The notes under the pieces were generated by a model, which ran no database searches, had not been told where the DNA came from, and saw only the letters and a list, made by a program, of their open reading frames with translations. Positions 33,717-45,152 of a DNA stretch of 64,000 nucleotides are shown piece after piece. Source of the stretch: an uncultured Acidobacteriota bacterium (GTDB lineage Bacteria; Acidobacteriota; Vicinamibacteria; Vicinamibacterales; UBA2999); assembly GCA_963728305.1 (NCBI GenBank), contig CAVSKE010000028.1, positions 73,064 through 137,063 on the forward strand, given 5' to 3'. Position numbers and translations under genes: made by a program. Positions within the stretch are counted from its first letter, which is position 1; each line of letters begins with the position of its first letter.

Positions 33717-34711
33717 TGGCAAAGTCGCGAGTCGTCTCAGGTATGCGGCCGACGGGGAAGCTGCACCTCGGCCACCTCGTCGGCGCGCTGAAGAACTGGG
33801 TGGCGCTGCAGGACCAGCACGACTGCTTCTACTTCGTCGCCGACTGGCATGCGCTGACCAGCGAGTTCGCCAACACGGCGCCGCTCGCCGGCGAACGGTC
33901 TCGACAACGTGGCCGACTGGATTGCGGCCGGCGTCGATCCGGAGCGCAGCACGATCTTCGTGCAGTCGATGGTGCCCGAGCATGCCGAGCTTGCGACGCT
34001 GCTCTCGATGGTCGTGCCGGTCACCTGGCTCGAGCGCGTGCCGACCTACAAGGAGCAGCGGGAGCAGATCACCGACAAGGATTTGTCGAATCTCGGCTTC
34101 CTCGGCCTACCCGCTGCTGCAGACGGCGGACGTCGCGATGTACGACGCCCGGCTCGTCCCGGTCGGCGAGGATCAGGTCGCGCATCTCGAGCTGTCGCGC
34201 GAGGCGGTGCGCCGCTTCAACCAGTTCTACGGCGAGGTGCTGGTCGAGCCGCAGCCGGTGCTGACGCCGACGTCGCGTCTGCCCGGGCTCGACAACCGGA
34301 AGATGAGCAAGAGCTACGGCAACACCATCGACCTCAGCGACGACGCCGAGACGGTGGTGAAGAAGGTCCGGCAGATGTACACGGATCCGAAGCGGATCCG
34401 CGCCGACATTCCCGGGACCGTCGAAGGCAATCCGGTCTTCATGTACCATGACGCGTTCAACGCCGACACCGCGGAGGTCGAGGATCTCAAGACGCGCTAC
34501 CGGGCCGGCAAGGTCGGCGACGTCGAGGTCAAGACGAAGCTGGCGAAGGCGGTGAACGCGCGTTCTCGAGCCGCTGCGCGAGCGGCGGCGCGAGATGCTG
34601 AGCACGCCCGGCCAGATCCGCGAGATCGTGCACGAAGGCTCGCGGAAGGCACGCACCATCGCGCAGGCGACGATGGAGCGGGTGCGCGACGCGGTGAAGT
34701 TGCGGTATTGA
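33716..34711 (+). CDS. trpS: tryptophan--tRNA ligase; frame-disrupted
   Basis: [19 protein letters not shown] (HIGH), [29 protein letters not shown] and KMSKSYGN (KMSKS). About 3 indels are needed. Confidence 0.95.
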
Positions 34712-34713
34712 AC

Positions 34714-35521
34714 GTGACCACTGAGCATCTGAACTCGACTTCGAATCCTCGCCCGACGCCTACCAGGTCAAGCTCGACACCTTCGAGGGGCCGCTCGATC
34801 TGCTCCTGCACCTCATTCGCACGAGCGAGGTGAACATCTACGACATCCCGATCTCGATGATCACCGAGCAGTACCTGAACTACATCGAGCTGATGCAGGA
34901 GCTGAATCTCGACGTCGCCGGCGAGTTCCTGGTGATGGCGGCGACGCTGATCCACATCAAGTCGCGGACGCTGCTGCCGCGTCCCGATCCGACGCAGGAG
35001 GACGGCGGACCCGAAGAGGATCCGCGCGAGGCGCTGGTGCGGCGGCTGCTCGAGCACCAGAAGTTCAAGGCCGCCGCCGAGCTGCTGCACGATCGCGAGA
35101 CGCTGCGCAGCGCGCAGTTCATGCGGCCGGACTCGCGCGTCGCCGATGCCGCCGGCGAGGACTACGAGCCGGAGCTCGAGGTCGATCTGTTCAGCCTGCT
35201 CGCCGCGTTCCGCGGCGTGCTCGAGCGCGCCAACCGCCGGCCGCCGATGGTCATCCCGCCCGAGCAGATCTCGATCGAGGATCGCATGCGGCAGGTGCTC
35301 GGCCGGCTGTCGGAGACCGAGGCGCTGCGGCTTCGAGGACTTGTTCGCCGATGGCGACGGCTCGCGGCCGTTCATGATCGTCACGTTCCTGGCGCTCCTC
35401 GAGATGATCCGGCTGAAGCTGATTCGCGTGTTCCAGTCGGGCGGCATCGGCCCGATTCGCGTCTACAAGCGCGCGCGGCCAGCGGACGCGCCGCACCCGA
35501 TCGACGATCCCGCGAGGCTCC

Positions 35522-35525
<4 letters not shown>
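34714..35525 (+). CDS. scpA: segregation and condensation protein A; frame-disrupted
   Basis: [35 protein letters not shown] and [25 protein letters not shown] start at 34714 is proposed. The stop overlaps the scpB ATG (ATGA). Confidence 0.85.
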
Positions 35526-36192
<667 letters not shown>

Positions 36193-36220
<28 letters not shown>

Positions 36221-36283
36221 GTGGCAAAGTAACTTTCGACACCTACTTGTCGACTTTTCGACTCTTCGGCTTTTCCACTTTGG
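36193..36283. repeat. inverted array of 8-9 nt tandem repeats (AAGTGGAA x4 / GRCTYTTC x3 plus TTTTCCACT)
   Basis: GTGG occurs at 36195, 36203, 36212 and 36221. The complementary units are GACTTTTC GACTCTTC GGCTTTTC CACTTTGG at 36252-36283. The array spans the stops of convergent scpB and rluB. Confidence 0.75.
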
Positions 36284-36998
36284 TTGCGGCCGCTTTCTTG
36301 AGCGCCGCGACCTCATCCTGTCTCAGCTCCCGCCATTCCCCAGGCTTCAGCCGTCGATCGGTGATCGGGCCGACTTTCGTTCGCTTCAGCGTCTGCACCG
36401 GGTGGCCGACAGCTTCGCACATGCGGCGCACCTGACGGTTGCGACCTTCGCGAATCGTCAGACAGCAGCACAGCGTCATCGTCGCGGCGGCGTGGCGGGA
36501 CGAGCACCACGGTTGCCGGCAGCGTGCGATGGCCGTCGAGCGGAATGCCCTTGCGCAAGCGGGTCGAGTGCCTCTTCGTCCGGCGTTCCGGCGACGCGCG
36601 CTTCGTAGGTGCGCTCGACGCCGTGCCGCGGGTGGGTGAGTCGTCGCGGCGAGGTCGCCGTCGTTGGTCAGCAGCAGGAGGCCCTCGCTGTCGTAGTCGA
36701 GCCGGCCGACCGGGTAGATGTATTCGCGCACGCCGTCGAGCAGATCGATCACCGTGCGGCGCCGCTGCGGATCGGATCGCGTCGTCACGTAGCCCTTCGG
36801 CTTGTAGAGCAGGATGTAGCGGAGCCGCTCGGCGGCGCGAATACGCCGGCCGTCGACGCGGATGTCGTCTGCGGCGGGGTCGGCCTTGACACCCATTTCG
36901 AGGATCGTCCGGCCGTTGACGGTGACGCGTCCGTCGGCGATGAGTTTTTCAGCCGCTCGCCGCGAGGCGACGCCGGCCTGGGAGAGGATTTTCTGCAA
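36243..36998 (-). CDS. rluB: 23S rRNA pseudouridine synthase (RluB/RsuA family); two compensating frameshifts
   Basis: The S4 domain is MQKILSQAGVASRRAAEKLIADGRVTVNG. The catalytic motif is YPVGRLDYDSEGLLLLTNDG, followed by REGRNRQVRRMCEAVG. The middle (about 36500-36640) is out of frame. Confidence 0.85.
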   Translation of the reverse strand: MQKILSQAGVASRRAAEKLIADGRVTVNGRTILEMGVKADPAADDIRVDGRRIRAAERLRYILLYKPKGYVTTRSDPQRRRTVIDLLDGVREYIYPVGRLDYDSEGLLLLTNDGDLAATTHPPAARRRAHLRSARRRNAGRRGTRPACARAFRSTAIARCRQPWCSSRHAAATMTLCCCLTIREGRNRQVRRMCEAVGHPVQTLKRTKVGPITDRRLKPGEWRELRQDEVAALKKAAATKVEKPKSRKVDK

Positions 36999-37041
36999 TC
37001 GTATGGGCGACCCGATGCGTCGACCCCTACACTGTGCTTGC

Positions 37042-38216
37042 TCATTGTCTCAGCAGGCTGGCCCAGAACGAGATCAGCTTCCAGGCGTCCGACGCGCGTC
37101 GCCGCGCGGTTCACTTCGGCGTGGGTGATCAGATTGCTCAGCAGCAGATGCACGTTCGCGCCCTTGCTGCGCAGATGGTCGTTCAAGAGGGCGGACTCAG
37201 CGGCCGGAATCACCGTGTCGTCGTCGCCGTGCAGCAGATAGATCGCCGCCGCCGGCGGATCGGGCGCACGCTGCGGCGACAGCGCCGGATCGCTCGCGCC
37301 CAGCTGATCGAGAAACGGCACGAGCGCCGGACCCAGCTTGCCGACGGCGCGGTCGTTGACGTAGCCCATGAACGTCCGCGACGGCTCCGGCATTGCCTTG
37401 GCCATCTCGCGCGCCTTCGCGAACATCGCATTCGCCTGATCCATGCTGACCAGCGTGAGCTGCGAGGCGAGCAGGAACGTCTTGATGCCTTCGCGGAGGC
37501 CCTCGACCTGATCGGCCGGCACGACGCCCTTGTCGGCGAGGCCGTAGAGAATCACCGACACGCCGTAGTCGTGAGGCGGATGCGTGGCGAGCCCGGGTAC
37601 CTGCGGCGCCTGGCCTGTGGCGAGATACCGCATCACACGCGGCAGATCGCCGTGACCGCCGAACGACAGGATGAACGCGACCCGATCGCGAATCGCCGGA
37701 CGGCCCGACGGCGGCAATCGACAGCCCTCCCGCGAAGCTGATGCCGACGATGCCGACCTTCCCGTCGGGTGCGAGGTTGGGACGCTGCGCCATCCATGAC
37801 ACGGCGTCTTCGATGACGTCGGTCGCGCGCGGCGTGATCATGTAGGCCTGCAGATCGGGCAGCGCCATCGTCATGACGATCACGCCGGTGCCGGCGAGGT
37901 CGTTGGCGAGCGCGGTGAGCCGCGGCTCTTCGATGCCCATCGAGTGAATGCCCGGGACGAGCAGCACCGAGCGATTGGTCTCGCCGTCCGGCATGTAGAA
38001 CTTCGCCGCGACGTTCCCGTAGCGGGTGGGCACCATGTGCGTCGGCTCGGGCGTGACCGTTCGCGCGTACTCGTCAGCGTAGGCCTCGGCGCGTCCACCG
38101 AGGTTCGCCGCGCGCACGACGAGCGAGGCGGCTCGCACATAGGGAGTTGCGACGAAGATCACCACGAGGCCGACGATCAGCAGGATCGTCGCGATTGTCA
38201 GAAGACGGCGCGCCAT
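37042..38216 (-). CDS. alpha/beta-hydrolase-fold protein with N-terminal membrane anchor; frame-disrupted
   Basis: MARRLLTIATILLIVGLVVIFV, the nucleophile elbow GIVGISFAGG and LLHGDDDTVIP. The corrected end ..RVDAWKLISFWASLLRQ-TGA lies at 37042. Confidence 0.7.
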
Positions 38217-38506
38217 CGCTGCATCTTACGCGGAATTCATCACGCGAATTATTCCCTGTTGACTCGAGATGGCCTGTCAGGCGATTTCGAATGGCCTCTG
38301 TACGACGGACTCCATGGACGGTCTGAAAGGCTCACAAACATGTTGCGAATTTTACCGATCGTGCTTGCCCTTGGTGCAGCTCTCTTTGCCTCGGCCGCCG
38401 CATGCGCAGGAGCGTTCGCGAGAGTGATTTATCGCTGGTGATAGGATCGTTCGGATCGCCTGCCTCGCCGAAGCCGCGAGACGACGGCGGGCCCGATGCG
38501 AACGAC

Positions 38507-39172
38507 ATGAAGAGACTGATCATTGCCATCGACGGTCCATCCGGGGCCGGTAAGGGCACGATCTCGCGCTCGTTGTCCGAGACGCTCGGCTACCGGCATG
38601 TCGATACCGGCGCCATGTATCGGGCGGTGGGCTGGAAGGCGCTCCACGAGAGCCTCCCCCTGGACGATGAAGCTGCCGTCGCGGCGCTGGCGCAGCGCGC
38701 GGCGATTGTCGTCGAGGGCGGCGTGGTGTCGATCGATGGCCACGACGTGACGCACGCGATCCGGACGCCGGAGATCGACAAGGCTGCCACGGCAGTCGCG
38801 CGACTCCCGCGCGTCCGCGAGGTGCTCGTCGCCCGGCAGCGCGCGCTCGGCGCCGAAGGCGGCGTCGTCATGGAAGGTCGCGATATCGGGACCGTGGTGT
38901 TTCCGAATGCCGATCTCAAGATCTATCTGGATGCGTCAGCGGAGGAGCGCGCCCGCCGACGCGCCAACGATGCGGCGCATACCGGGAGTCAGGTGGGACA
39001 GGCCGCGGTCGCCGCGGCAATCAAGGCTCGCGATACTGCGGACTCGACGCGAACAGTGTCGCCGCTGACGCTCGCAGCGGACGCTGTTCACATCGATACG
39101 ACGACGATGCCGATCAACGAGGTCGTCGACAAGGTGCTCGGCCTGGTTCGCGAGCGGCTCGACGTCGGATGA
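38507..39172 (+). CDS. cmk: cytidylate kinase
   Basis: Intact from MKRLIIAIDGPSGAGKGTISRSL, with DTGAMYRAV and VMEGRDIGTVVFP. Confidence 0.95.
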   Translation: MKRLIIAIDGPSGAGKGTISRSLSETLGYRHVDTGAMYRAVGWKALHESLPLDDEAAVAALAQRAAIVVEGGVVSIDGHDVTHAIRTPEIDKAATAVARLPRVREVLVARQRALGAEGGVVMEGRDIGTVVFPNADLKIYLDASAEERARRRANDAAHTGSQVGQAAVAAAIKARDTADSTRTVSPLTLAADAVHIDTTTMPINEVVDKVLGLVRERLDVG

Positions 39173-39188
39173 ATCCGTGTGAAGGACT

Positions 39189-39776
39189 TCAGGGGCTGGA
39201 CTTTCCCTTCATCGATTCCTTGACGAGCTGCGAGAACGACATCTTGCTCGCCCACGATCTCCAGCACTCGGGCGACACGCCTGGCACGCGTCTCGGCGGT
39301 CTTCGCGCCGTCCACCATGCGGAGAAAGGCTTTCTGCTGGCTGTCCGTGTAGGTCGGCCAGTTCTTCTTCGCCGCCGCGTTGCCGTTCAACGCCTTCTTC
39401 AACTCGGGCGGCATCGTCATCGCGTCAGTGGCGGCGTGCGCATCCCATCGGCCGCTCGTCTTCGCGACGTCGATCAGCTTCATGCCGGCGCCGGTCATCA
39501 GGCCATCGGCAATGAGACGCTCGACGCGTTTCTTGTTCAGCGCCGACCACGCGCTCGTCTCTTTACGCGGCGTGAAGATCTGTTTGTAGAGCGAGTCGTC
39601 TATCGGGTGAACGAGGCTGTCGATCCAGCCGAAGCAGAGTGCCTCTTCGACGGCGTCCGCGTAGCTGAGTGAGGGAATGCCTGTGTGCTTCTTCGCGTAG
39701 ACGAGCCAGATGCCGGATGAGGAGGCGTGGTTCTTCTCGAGCCACGCCCTCCAGGCTTTGCGCGATTTCGGCTGGA
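39189..39776 (-). CDS. YdeI/OmpD-associated family protein; start codon not identifiable as assembled
   Basis: KSRKAWRAWLEKNHASSSGIWLVYAKKHTGIPSLSYADAVEEALCFGWIDS and PPELKKALNGNAAAKKNWPTYTDSQQKAFLRMVDGAKTAETRARR. The frame opens right after the upstream stop but contains no ATG/GTG/TTG. The end needs one frame change (stop at 39189). Confidence 0.6.
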
Positions 39777-40580
39777 CTAGAGAGCGAAGTATCGCCTCGC
39801 TCTTACCTGTTCATCCCAATCGTCTGACGAGGCCGGATCCAGCTCCCAGCGATTCTTATCCCGCTTCGCGATCTTGGCCTCGCCCTTGAGCTCCTCGTTG
39901 TCCTGATACTCGATCGCCCACGGCGCGGCCGATGTCGTCCACGATGTCCTGATCGGGCGTCGGGTTGTCGCCGCCGGGCGCTTCATCGCCGACGCTGTAG
40001 GCCGACTCCCAATCGGCATCGACGTCGCCGCCGGTCAGTGCCGGGCTCGTTTCGGTGTGCTCGGCGTACTTCTCGCGCAGCTCGCGCCGGCCCGATCGCG
40101 CGGCGGACGCCGAGCGATCGAAGTCGAGCGAGGAGGGCGGCGTCTGGACGATATCGTCGTCGCGAATCGTCCGGCGTTCGCGATTGAGTCCGGGCGCGGT
40201 ACGAACCGGCACGCGCTCGGGGCGCGGGGCGGTCTTCTTCGCACGCGCGGCACGGCTTGGCGACTGCTTCGGGCATCACGCGGCGACCGCTTCCGCGGCG
40301 GCCTTCTTGCCAGCGCTCGCGGCCGCGGCCTGCCTGACTTTCCGCGCGCCTTCGCGCGTTTTTCGGGCAGACGCCGTCTTCTTCCTGCTCGCAGTCGTCT
40401 TACGCGCCGCGACTTCGCCGTGCTTCTTTCGGGCGGACGCCGTTTTCTTCTTGGCCGACGCTGCTCTTCTTGCGGGCAGACGCGGTCTTCTTGCCGGCGG
40501 ACCGGTGCGTCGACCTTGCGCCGCGTCGTGGCGGCCTTCCGACGTGCGGCTTTCCGTTTGGCCGCCTTCCGTTTGGCCAT
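39777..40580 (-). CDS. Lys/Ala-rich histone-H1-like N-terminus fused to a conserved acidic C-terminal domain; frame-disrupted
   Basis: MAKRKAAKRKAARRKAA.. with KKTASARK-type repeats. The C-terminal domain is ELREKYAEHTETSPALTGGDVDADWESAYSVGDEAPGGDNPTPDQDIVDDIGRA..IEYQDNEELKGEAKIAKRDKNRWELDPASSDDWDE. At least 4 indels are needed. Confidence 0.55.
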
Positions 40581-40656
40581 GTCCTCTTCCTTTCTGCGTC
40601 CCTACTCGGACCACCCGGAACGGCGGCCTCTCGTCCAAATTCGGGCCCAGCTTACC

Positions 40657-40686
40657 TTGACAGTCGTCCGATAAGTGACGTAAGCT
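40657..40686 (+). promoter_or_regulatory. candidate promoter of rpsA
   Basis: TTGACA (40657-40662), an 18-nt spacer, then TAAGCT (40681-40686). Confidence 0.4.
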
Positions 40687-40692
40687 CTATTG

Positions 40693-40917
40693 CTTATCGG
40701 CGAAGGACAATCTCTTGCAGGGGGAGTGGATGCGACCCTCGGCCGCCCTCACGCTGTCCGCCCCCGCAAGACGGGGCGGTGCCCACCATGCATTCTCCAT
40801 CGCCGTTATAGCCGCGGGGGGCCGGTCCCCGCAACAGAAACCGGCACAGCCCTCGAGCGAGCCGTGCAACACAGGCGAGTCGACAGGGCAATCAGGTAAG
40901 AGGAGGACGCGCACGTA
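40693..40917 (+). other. long GC-rich structured 5' leader of rpsA (about 225 nt)
   Basis: Strong local hairpins CCGCCCC-N8-GGGGCGG (40758-40779) and GCGGGG-N7-CCCCGC (40814-40832). There is possible closing pairing of GGAGTGGATGC (40723-33) with GCATTCTCC (40790-98). The SD AAGAGGAGG lies at 40898-40906. Confidence 0.35.
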
Positions 40918-42700
<1,783 letters not shown>

Positions 42701-42704
42701 GGGA

Positions 42705-42752
42705 AGGGTCCGGGATCGGGGATCGACGGGCTCGTCGACGCCTGATCCCCGC
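42705..42752. repeat. short G-rich heptamer repeat hairpin (GGGATCG x2 ... CCTGATCCCC), probable rpsA terminator
   Basis: GGGATCG occurs at 42712 and 42719. The inner palindrome is TCGACG-GGCT-CGTCGA and the outer pairing is GGGGATC/GATCCCC. Confidence 0.5.
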
Positions 42753-42772
42753 CCTCTGCAAGGAGCAACAGA

Positions 42773-43132
42773 GTGAATACGCCTGGCGGCAGCATGACCA
42801 AAGCGGAGCTCGTCGAGGAAGTCTCGCGAGTCTCCGATCTCACCAAGAAACACTCGGAAGTCATCGTCGACACGGTATTCAAGAGCATCATCGACGCGCT
42901 GCATCGCGGCGAGAAGATCGAGCTGCGGGGCTTCGGCAGCTTCCGTCTGCGCAAGCGCGAGCCGCGCAAGGGCCGCAACCCGAAGACCGGCGACAAGGTC
43001 GATGTGCCGCCGAAGAAGGTGCCCTACTTCAAGCCAGGCAAAGAGCTGAAGGAGCTGATCAACCGCGAGGAGGAGATCGCCGAGTCTCCTGCCGCCGCGG
43101 CAGACGGTCCGGACACCGCGATTCAGGCCTGA
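42773..43132 (+). CDS. ihfB: integration host factor beta / HU-family DNA-binding protein
   Basis: The GTG at 42773 lies 7 nt after AGGAG. Motif: MTKAELVEEVS..HSEVIVDTVFKSIIDALHRGEKIELRGFGSFRLRKREPRKGRNPKTGDKVDVPPKKVPYFKPGKELK. The position after rpsA matches the E. coli cmk-rpsA-ihfB order. Confidence 0.85.
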   Translation: MNTPGGSMTKAELVEEVSRVSDLTKKHSEVIVDTVFKSIIDALHRGEKIELRGFGSFRLRKREPRKGRNPKTGDKVDVPPKKVPYFKPGKELKELINREEEIAESPAAAADGPDTAIQA

Positions 43133-43171
43133 GCCGCTGAGGCGCCTGCGCGCCTGAGCCCTGGGCCCTGT

Positions 43172-43696
43172 ATGGATCGCCTCTGGACCCCCTGGCGGCT
43201 CGACTACGTGAAATCGAACCGGTCCGAGCTCGAATGCGTCTTCTGCCTCACGGCTGAAGTCTCGGCAGCCGCCGGCCAGCCGGTAGACGCGCACGTGCGT
43301 CGATCCTCTCGTCGTGCATCTCGGCCGCACGGCCTACGTCATCCTCAATCGCTATCCGTACAACAACGGGCACCTCATGGTGATTCCGCGCCGGCACGTC
43401 GCCACGCTCAGCGGACTGACGACCGAGGAACTGCACGAGATCGCCGAGCTCACGCAGCGATCGGAGATCGTGCTGCGCGAAGCGTACGAGCCGGGCGGCA
43501 TCAACGTGGGGCTCAATCTCGGGAAGCCGTCCGGCGGCGGCATTCAGCATCACCTGCACGTGCACCTCGTCCCGCGCTGGGTGGGCGACGCCAACTTCAT
43601 GACCGTGATCGGCGAAACGCGCGTGCTGCCCGAGGAGCTCGGCGTGACGGCGCAGCGGCTCAAGCCGATTTTCGAACGTCTCGCACACGTACGTAG
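43172..43696 (+). CDS. HIT-family protein (Ap4A phosphorylase-like); frame-disrupted, end approximate
   Basis: MDRLWTPWRLDYV, ECVFC, AYVILNRYPYNNGHLMVIPRRHV and the histidine triad GGGIQHHLHVHLVPRW. As assembled it is fused in frame to the next gene. Confidence 0.75.
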   Translation: MDRLWTPWRLDYVKSNRSELECVFCLTAEVSAAAGQPVDAHVRRSSRRASRPHGLRHPQSLSVQQRAPHGDSAPARRHAQRTDDRGTARDRRAHAAIGDRAARSVRAGRHQRGAQSREAVRRRHSASPARAPRPALGGRRQLHDRDRRNARAARGARRDGAAAQADFRTSRTRT

Positions 43697-43751
43697 ATCG
43701 TCCGGCTTCGTCGAGGCTCGGACCGCCGACCCGCGCGTAGAATGGCGTGAC

Positions 43752-44721
43752 GTGGATTTCAATCTCTCCGAATCGCAGCACGCCTGGCAGGAGAGAGCGC
43801 AGGCGTTCGCGCGCGAGCTGTCGCCGGGCGCCACAGCCGGCGACATCGTCGCTGCTGCCGTGCGAGCCCGGCTCGTCGATCCGCACGTCGATCTGCTGTC
43901 GGCGGCCGTTGCGGTTGAAGCCGTTGCGTGGGAGTCGGCCGGAGCGGCCGTCGCGCTGGCGATGCATGCCGGCGTGACGATGGGACTGAGTGAGACCGAC
44001 GCGAGCGCGCCGCTGGTACGCGGCGAGGTCGTCGGTGCGATTGCTCTTTCGTCGGACGAAGTGCCGGCCGTCGAGCACGGGCCTGCTGTCCGGACGCGCG
44101 TCGTGGGTGACGCCGTTGACGCCGCGTGGGCTCGTGATCGTCGGCGTGAGAGACGGCGATTCGCTGACCGCAGCCGCCGTGAGGCTCGATGCTGCAGGCG
44201 TGACGCAAGAACCCGTCGAGACCGCGGGTCTCGGCGGACTTGTTTGCGGCCACGTCCGGTTCGAACGCACGCCCTTCACACCGGCCGGTCCGACGCAGCC
44301 ATTCATGACACGCGCGCGCGTGCTGCTGGCTGCTGCCGGTCTCGGCATGGGACGGCGCGCGCTGCACGAGGCGCTGGTCGTCGCGCGTGGACATCGCGAT
44401 CGCGGCGCTGGCGGCGAGCAGACGGTGCAGGGACTGCTGGCGGATGCGGCGACCGAACTGGATGCCGCGCGCATGCTGACGTGGAAGGCCGCGGCCGCGC
44501 CGAAGTTGTCGCTCTCGGATGCCTCGATGGCCAAGCTGCTGGCCACCGAGGCCACGCAGCGCGCGGTGGCCCGTGCCACGCAGGTTGTCGGCGCCGAGTC
44601 CTTCCGCGCCGGGCACATCGTCGAACGTCTCGCGCAGGACGTGCGGGCGCTGGAGCTCTTCGCCGGACGCACGGAAGCGCTTCGCGAAGCCGTCGCCCTC
44701 GAGACCCTCCCTCCCGCTTGA
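43752..44721 (+). CDS. acyl-CoA dehydrogenase-family protein (short, about 320 aa); one frameshift near 44085
   Basis: GTG start followed by DFNLSESQHAWQERAQAFAREL. The C-terminal helical part is AAAGLGMGRRALHEALVVAR... and KLLATEATQRAVARATQVVGAESF. Confidence 0.7.
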
Positions 44722-44746
44722 CAGCGGCTTAGTACTAAATTAATAG
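44718..44746 (+). promoter_or_regulatory. candidate promoter of the blaI-like operon
   Basis: TTGACA (44718-23), a 17-nt AT-rich spacer, then TAATAG (44741-46). Confidence 0.4.
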
Positions 44747-44778
44747 TAGTCAGGCCGACGCATGCGTCGCCCTGACTA
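44747..44778. promoter_or_regulatory. 32-nt near-perfect palindrome (15/16 bp) between the -10 and the BlaI start codon; candidate operator
   Basis: TAGTCAGGCCGACGCA|TGCGTCGCCCTGACTA. Its last base is the A of the ATG at 44778. No SD is present. Confidence 0.45.
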
Positions 44779-45152
44779 TGCGCACGCCACACCCGACGCT
44801 CACCCCGCAGGAGCTGGCGATCATGAAGGTCGTCTGGTCCCGCGACAAGTCTACCGTTCGCGACGTCTACGAGGCGATGCGCGAGAAGCGATCGATCGCC
44901 TACACGACGGTGATGACGATGATGCGGATTCTCGAGGACAAGGGCTACCTCAAGAAGACGCTCGTCGAGCGCGCGCACGTTTACAAGCCCGCGCAGCGCC
45001 GTCAGCAGGTGATTGGCGCGATGGTGAGGGACTTCCTCGACCGCGTCTTCGACGGTGCTCCCGACAGTCTGCTGGTGCATCTGGCCAGGGACAACAAGCT
45101 CACCGAAAAACAGCGGCGCATCGTCAAGCAACTCATCGAGGAGCAGGAGTGA
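44778..45152 (+). CDS. BlaI/MecI/CopY-family transcriptional repressor
   Basis: Intact 124-aa ORF with LTPQELAIMKVVWSRDKSTVRDVYEAMREKRSIAYTTVMTMMRILEDKGYL. Confidence 0.9.
   Translation: MRTPHPTLTPQELAIMKVVWSRDKSTVRDVYEAMREKRSIAYTTVMTMMRILEDKGYLKKTLVERAHVYKPAQRRQQVIGAMVRDFLDRVFDGAPDSLLVHLARDNKLTEKQRRIVKQLIEEQE

Noticed and set aside
40290-40560. DNA-level tandem repeats (GGGCAGACGC[CG]GTCTTCTT x about 3) that might be a regulatory array
   Set aside because: They lie inside the Lys/Ala-rich coding region and simply encode the KKTASARK peptide repeats.
40693-40917. Possible cobalamin riboswitch in the rpsA leader (CCCCGCAA-like strings at 40761 and 40827; B12-dependent mutase genes elsewhere in the window)
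   Set aside because: I could not find a B12-box-like core or the expected multi-helix arrangement, and rpsA is not a plausible B12-regulated gene. I kept it only as an unclassified structured leader.
43248-45131. 627-aa minus-strand ORF, the longest unexplained ORF in the track
   Set aside because: It runs antisense across three well-supported plus-strand genes (HIT, ACAD-like, BlaI). It is Arg/Ala/Ser-rich low-complexity sequence with no recognisable motif, which is a typical GC-driven shadow ORF. The same reasoning applies to 8893..9786, 10662..11378, 31626..32150 and 61154..62179.
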